Origin: an uncultured bacterium
Lineage (GTDB): Bacteria > Babelota > Babeliae > Babelales > Vermiphilaceae
NCBI GenBank assembly: GCA_963701085.1
Contig: OY969561.1
Coordinates: forward strand, 929,858 to 993,857
Length of the DNA: 64,000 bases
Direction: 5' to 3'
Made by a program: the position numbers and the translations under genes
Notes under the pieces: generated by a model
Told to the model about the DNA's origin: nothing
The model's database searches: none
What the model saw: only the letters and a program-made list of their open reading frames with translations
Part shown: positions 59,444 to 64,000 of the stretch, one piece after another
How the letters are laid out: every line of letters begins with the position of its first letter
How positions within the stretch are numbered: the stretch's first letter is position 1

Positions 59444-60379
59444 TTACTGTCTAATTTTACCACCATGCTTTTCAAACAAACTAATGATGGCAGTAAGTGT
59501 GTCTTTTTCATAAGACATTACGTGATCACGATCTAATCTTTTGCATGCTGAACTAAGAGGAGTATCTCCATTCTCATTTGTCGCATTAATTAATTCAGGA
59601 GCAGCTTTAAGTAATAACTTACCAATTCTTACATAATCAACACTGCTTACTGAATAGCTCCATCCACAACAAACAAGCTTATGCAATACACAATCCCCAG
59701 TTAGAGTTTTTCTTTTTTTTGCATCAACATTGTGAGTCAGATAAAACTCTATCAATTCGGGCGAACAATGATGTAAGATAGTGTACCATAAAACATTTGG
59801 CTCATGATAGCCTTCTGCATTCACATCAACACGATCAATAAACATTTCTAATATATCAACATTTTTTATAACAAACCAATCTGGATCTTCATATAAACCT
59901 TGCTGATTTGGATTAGCATTATTCTCAAATAACGCAGCAATCATCTCTTTATCTTTTCGATATATTGCTCGCTGAAGTAAAGAATCCCTGCTGCATACAG
60001 CATTATCAGCACCTGCATACACTAATAAGAATGCCGCACGGCGTTTATTCCAATACGTTATATCATTCATACTTTGTAACAATTTTTTCATAACTTTATT
60101 TTTTTCTGCAATATTGTAGTTTTTACAGAATTTACCGACCATAGCAGGTGATATCAGTTCATTAAAATGCTTGCAGGTAGTGCTTAACGCTAAAGTAGTT
60201 TTAACAGTATCTTCTAAGAATTTTCCATTACAGATAATTGGTATTACCATCTCATGAGGCAAGTCTGGCAATGTAAGTGTCCTTTCCATGCCAGATATAT
60301 GCATAGAAGTCATTAAAAAAGTCATTGCTAATAATGCAGTAACAGTAATAGTCTTGCTCGTCATGTAAAAATCTTTCAT
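59444..60379 (-). CDS. secreted F-box-like plus ankyrin-repeat protein
   Basis: Leader ..TSMHISGME. LTLPDLPHEMVIPII....LALSTTCKHFNELI fits the F-box pattern (LP.E....I......L.L..V.K.w..L). ANK-like LVYAGADN, LFENNANPNQ, TPLSSACK. Confidence 0.6.
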   Translation of the reverse strand: MKDFYMTSKTITVTALLAMTFLMTSMHISGMERTLTLPDLPHEMVIPIICNGKFLEDTVKTTLALSTTCKHFNELISPAMVGKFCKNYNIAEKNKVMKKLLQSMNDITYWNKRRAAFLLVYAGADNAVCSRDSLLQRAIYRKDKEMIAALFENNANPNQQGLYEDPDWFVIKNVDILEMFIDRVDVNAEGYHEPNVLWYTILHHCSPELIEFYLTHNVDAKKRKTLTGDCVLHKLVCCGWSYSVSSVDYVRIGKLLLKAAPELINATNENGDTPLSSACKRLDRDHVMSYEKDTLTAIISLFEKHGGKIRQ

Positions 60380-60460
60380 TAATTATGATACAAATATTAT
60401 GTGGATTAACTGAAAGCTCATTACTACAGAAATTTCTTATTTTAGAGATAAAAAATAGTT

Positions 60461-60982
60461 TTACTTTTGAAAATCTTTGTATAACATACTCGGCTGGATG
60501 CCACGATTATTTTGGTATTTATTGCTGGAATATGTTACATAATCACCTTCAATGGTGTGATAAAAAATTTGGCATATTTCAACGCCAGCATAAATACGCA
60601 CTGGTCTTACGCAGAATATTTCTAGTGTCCAATAACCGCGAAACCCAACATCACCAAAACCAGCAGTAACATGAATAAAGAGACCCAAGCGGCCAATTGA
60701 CGAACGTCCCTCAATCATAGGAACTAATGTATTTGTTTTGGTGTATTCAACAGTTCTACCCAAATAAAGTTGGCCAGCTTCTAATAACAATCCTTCTTCA
60801 GGAATAGTAATTGTCTTAATTTGATGCTCTTTTTTCATATCAAGATGTGGCTCATCATACACCAATAATTCATTATGCAAGCGTAAATTATAACTGTTTG
60901 GACCAAGCTGAGACAGATTAAATGGCTCTATAAAAAGTTCTTTTCCCAAGCGCCGTCTAATTTCATTTCCTGAAAGAATCAT
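60461..60982 (-). CDS. dcd: dCTP deaminase
   Basis: MILSGNEI.., GPNSYNLRL, GRSSIGRLGLFIH, GYWTLEI. AAGGAG 5 nt before ATG 60982 favours this start over the ORF-track start at 61003. Confidence 0.9.
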   Translation of the reverse strand: MILSGNEIRRRLGKELFIEPFNLSQLGPNSYNLRLHNELLVYDEPHLDMKKEHQIKTITIPEEGLLLEAGQLYLGRTVEYTKTNTLVPMIEGRSSIGRLGLFIHVTAGFGDVGFRGYWTLEIFCVRPVRIYAGVEICQIFYHTIEGDYVTYSSNKYQNNRGIQPSMLYKDFQK

Positions 60983-61071
60983 AACTCTCCTTGTTGAACT
61001 CATTAAAAGATCATGTTAACGTATATAATAAGTTAGCAGGATTATTTTTTTAAGTAAAAAAGATACTGATT

Positions 61072-62064
61072 ATGATACATAGCTCAGTTCCAACACAAGC
61101 AGTTATTGACCAGATAAAATTAGAAAGTAATCGATTTAATGATCTACCAACAGAAATTAGTAAAGTTATTGTTGGGCAAAATCATATCATTGATTTAATT
61201 GTTAATGCAATTTTGTGCAAAGGCCACATTCTCCTAGAAGGTGTTCCTGGCGTTGCAAAAACAACTATGATTAAAGCGGTTGCATCTGCACTTGGTCTAA
61301 CATTTAATAGAATTCAATTTACGCCAGATTTATTACCATCAGATCTTATTGGCACCTTAATTTTTAATCCAAAAACACATGATTTTGAAACAAAAAAAGG
61401 TCCTATTTTTGCAAACCTCATTCTTGCGGATGAAATTAACCGTGCTCCTGCAAAAGTTCAAGCTGCACTTCTTGAAGCAATGCAAGAACAACAAGTCACC
61501 ATTGGTTCCCAAACATATAAGCTTGATGCGCCATTTTTAGTATTTGCAACACAAAATCCTGTTGAACAAGAAGGCACTTACCGTTTGCCTGAAGCGCAAC
61601 TCGATCGATTTTTGTTTAAAATTCATGTTGATTACCCTACTATATTTGAAGAACTTGAAATTTTAAATCGCTCAAATGCTACCAATGCTCTTACGCAAGT
61701 ATTAACCAAAAATGATATTCTTGAGTCACAACAATTAACACAAGCTATTTATGTTGATGAAAAAATAAAACAATACATTCTTGCGATTGTATTTGCAACA
61801 CGTAAACCAGCTGATTATAAATTACAAGATCTTAGTTCATATATTAGTTATGGCGTTTCACCACGAGCAACTCTTGCTCTGTATCATGCGGCAAAAACAC
61901 ATGCTTTCTTGGCTAAACGGCATTATGTAACACCAGATGATGTTAAAGCTGTCTGCTATCCAGCCCTCAGACATAGAATGCATTTGACCTATGAAGCTGA
62001 AGCAGACAATATTACCGCGGATGCAATTATCAAAAAAATCATCAATACCATTCCAGCACCATAA
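61072..62064 (+). CDS. MoxR-family AAA+ ATPase
   Basis: GVPGVAKT, FNRIQFTPDLLPSDLIGT, LADEINRAPAKVQAALLEAMQE.QVTIG, ATQNP.EQEGTY.LPEAQLDRF. Confidence 0.9.
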   Translation: MIHSSVPTQAVIDQIKLESNRFNDLPTEISKVIVGQNHIIDLIVNAILCKGHILLEGVPGVAKTTMIKAVASALGLTFNRIQFTPDLLPSDLIGTLIFNPKTHDFETKKGPIFANLILADEINRAPAKVQAALLEAMQEQQVTIGSQTYKLDAPFLVFATQNPVEQEGTYRLPEAQLDRFLFKIHVDYPTIFEELEILNRSNATNALTQVLTKNDILESQQLTQAIYVDEKIKQYILAIVFATRKPADYKLQDLSSYISYGVSPRATLALYHAAKTHAFLAKRHYVTPDDVKAVCYPALRHRMHLTYEAEADNITADAIIKKIINTIPAP

Positions 62065-62070
62065 CTCTTT

Positions 62071-62138
62071 GCGCTCATCCTGAACTTGTTGAAGGATTAA
62101 GCGCGCTTTAATTCTTCAACAAGTTCAGAATGAGCGCG
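62071..62138. repeat. palindromic repeat RE-B, full copy
   Basis: GCGCTCATCCTGAACTTGTTGAAGGATT...AATTCTTCAACAAGTTCAGAATGAGCGC, 7 nt after the moxR stop. Confidence 0.8.
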
Positions 62139-62247
62139 GTAGGAATTTTTAATCTTAGTAAAAAATTCATCTGTTGGTATACTTGACAACGATAAGACAA
62201 GAGCGTTATTGTGAAAAAAGTAAAAAAAATAATGCAAGGAATTCTCA

Positions 62248-63354
62248 ATGAAACATCCATTTTGGATTATAAATCTTGGACTACTTTCTCTGGTCCTGGC
62301 TGTCTTTGCATTTGTTTATATATCGAATATCAAAATTCCTCAACGAGAAGATATTGAGCCTGCGCAAGTATCACCAAGAAAAGAGCTAAAAGTTGCTATC
62401 AATATAAAAAAAATCTACGAAGATGATCTTTTTGGAACATACACCCAAGAACTTCCACGCTTAAAACAACTTGAATCAACCATTCCTTTTCCAGAACCTC
62501 CTGCTCAACAAAAAATCACCATACCGGCAATCATTGAGCCTGAATTTCTTGATCCCTTACAAGTAACCCTTAAAGGTATTATCGTGGTAAGTTCTAATGA
62601 TTCAAAAAACAGAGCAATGATTCAGGATAATAAAACAATGCAAGAAGGTACGTATAAAGTAGGTGATCTTATCCAAGATGCTCAATTAATACGAATTTTT
62701 AAAAATAAAATAATCTTCTTACGTCTCAATGGGCAACAAGAAGTTCTTTACTTACGTGAACAAGATGCAAAAGTTGATCCAGCATATTCACTATCACATG
62801 AATGGGATACGGTCGTTAAAAAAACAGGAAATAATAATTATCTGATCAATCCAAAAGCATTCGTTGAACATGTTAAAAATTTAACTGAATGTATTGATCT
62901 CCTCAATGCAACAACTGCATACCAACAAGGAAAAAGTTTAGGACTGCGCGTAGGAAATCTTTCAAAATCACCATTTGGTGGCCTTATTGGATTGCAAAAT
63001 GGCGACATTGTACTATCAATAAATAATATCCCTGCTCAAACAACACAGGAACGTCTTGCTATCTACAAAAATATTACCTCATTAAAAGCAGGTAACACGA
63101 TAACCATAAAACTCATTCGTAAAAATAAAGAAATGGATATTATCTATACATTAGAAGATTTCACTACTGGAGTAGAAAAAGAAAAAAATAGCCCAGACAT
63201 ACAACAAGAAACAGCCTTTTTTCCACCTAAAAAAAATGATGCTTCCATTAAACAACAACATTATGCATTTACCCCTACAATTGATAAAATAAAAAAAGCG
63301 GATCATCAAATGATGTTTCAAAAAGGCAGCTCTTTAATGCATAGTAGCAGTTGA
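62248..63354 (+). CDS. GspC-like secretion-system protein (N-terminal TM plus C-terminal PDZ)
   Basis: TM FWIINLGLLSLVLAVFAFVYI. PDZ-like LGLRVGNLSKSPFGGLIGLQNGDIVLSINNIP. Located directly upstream of a secretin gene. Confidence 0.5.
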   Translation: MKHPFWIINLGLLSLVLAVFAFVYISNIKIPQREDIEPAQVSPRKELKVAINIKKIYEDDLFGTYTQELPRLKQLESTIPFPEPPAQQKITIPAIIEPEFLDPLQVTLKGIIVVSSNDSKNRAMIQDNKTMQEGTYKVGDLIQDAQLIRIFKNKIIFLRLNGQQEVLYLREQDAKVDPAYSLSHEWDTVVKKTGNNNYLINPKAFVEHVKNLTECIDLLNATTAYQQGKSLGLRVGNLSKSPFGGLIGLQNGDIVLSINNIPAQTTQERLAIYKNITSLKAGNTITIKLIRKNKEMDIIYTLEDFTTGVEKEKNSPDIQQETAFFPPKKNDASIKQQHYAFTPTIDKIKKADHQMMFQKGSSLMHSSS

Positions 63355-63368
63355 ACTGAGTAAAAATT

Positions 63369-64000
63369 ATGAATAAATATAGCGTTAATTTTTGTTTTGT
63401 TTTTATGCTTGCCTCCGTTATGTGCACAACAGAAACGGGAAGCAGAAAACGTTATCGCAATAAAAAACAGGCTTCAACTAAAAATGTTAACACGCATATG
63501 AATGTTGAAGCTTATCAACCTCAAACCAACAACACTCCCTCCTTCGCCACTGCGCCAGGCACGGCATCCCTGAAAACAAAAGCTCCAGCAGGTACTACTG
63601 GTATGCCTCAAATTCAACAAAAAATAGAAAAATCTGCTCATCAATACAGTGATCCTCTTGTTGAGCCTCAAATCCCAGCCACTGAAAATAAAGCGACCAA
63701 GCCAGTAGAAATGCCTATTTCTGTTAATGAAGATGAAGATGAAGACAGTATAGAACTTAATTTTGAAAATGCCGGTCTTGAGAATTTTGCTAAACAGATC
63801 GAAGACATATTTGAAATAACCTTAATTAGCGATGATGCTCTTTCTCCACTACCACAAGGTAAGAAGGCTATAAAAAGCAATAAAATATCATTTAAAACAA
63901 ATCAGCCTCTTTCCAAAAAAGAAACGTGGAATCTTTTTGTTACATTTCTTGATATAGCTGGTTTTGCTGTTATTCCTCAAGCCGATCCAAAAGTTTTCCA
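63369..64000 (+). CDS. secretin (GspD/PilQ family), 5' part; runs off the window
   Basis: Not in the ORF track because no stop is reached. Hand translation from ATG 63369 is open to 64000. Signal peptide, linker, then an N0-like segment IELNFENAGLENFAKQIEDIFEITLISDD...ISFKTNQPLSKKETWNLFVTFLDIAGFAVIP. Confidence 0.6.
   Translation, partial: MNKYSVNFCFVFMLASVMCTTETGSRKRYRNKKQASTKNVNTHMNVEAYQPQTNNTPSFATAPGTASLKTKAPAGTTGMPQIQQKIEKSAHQYSDPLVEPQIPATENKATKPVEMPISVNEDEDEDSIELNFENAGLENFAKQIEDIFEITLISDDALSPLPQGKKAIKSNKISFKTNQPLSKKETWNLFVTFLDIAGFAVIPQADPKVF
63533..63575. repeat. RE-C-like segment in the secretin N-terminal linker
   Basis: CACTCCCTCCTTCGCCACTGCGCCAGGCACGGC vs CACTTCCTCCTTCGCCAAGGCTACGGCGGACAGG (jag) and the intergenic copy at 43184. 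Encodes ..NTPSFATAPGTAS... Confidence 0.4.

Overview
AT-rich chromosomal window from a diderm bacterium that looks host-associated or intracellular (inference; no taxon can be assigned from sequence alone). All calls come from manual reading of the ORF track and the sequence. Similarity statements are motif recognition from memory, not searches.

A housekeeping backbone is present: truB, tyrS, valS, ybeY, ruvA, tRNA-Gly(GCC), jag, mnmE, pal, rng, gatB, a MutY-like glycosylase, a DEAD-box helicase, a polar amino-acid ABC transporter, an M23 peptidase, uvrC, tpiA, secG, mlaEF, dcd, moxR, and gspC/gspD-like genes. It is interleaved with tandem arrays of lineage-specific secreted or membrane proteins. 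Several of these have eukaryote-like domains: ankyrin, F-box-like, J-domain, Nudix and palmitoyl-protein thioesterase.

Main observations:
1. A polymorphic-toxin-like locus at 37190-40551. Its large protein ends in a colicin-E3-like rRNase motif and is followed by four tightly packed small ORFs.
2. At least 20 ORFs share an N-terminal leader ending in small residue - Met - acidic/Lys.
3. A superfamily of GC-rich palindromic repeats sits just 3' of stop codons. Repeat-derived segments are also embedded in frame inside truB, jag, the helicase and the secretin gene, resembling Rickettsia palindromic elements.
4. The conserved tpiA-secG pair is split by a 4-kb four-gene block, with a relic tpiA 3' end left next to secG.
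5. More than 20 genes carry frameshifts or in-frame stops as sequenced, including essential ones. They are very unevenly distributed (about 10 in valS alone) and mostly look like single extra bases. I cannot tell sequencing error from real decay without reads.

No CRISPR array, transposase, integrase or rRNA was seen.
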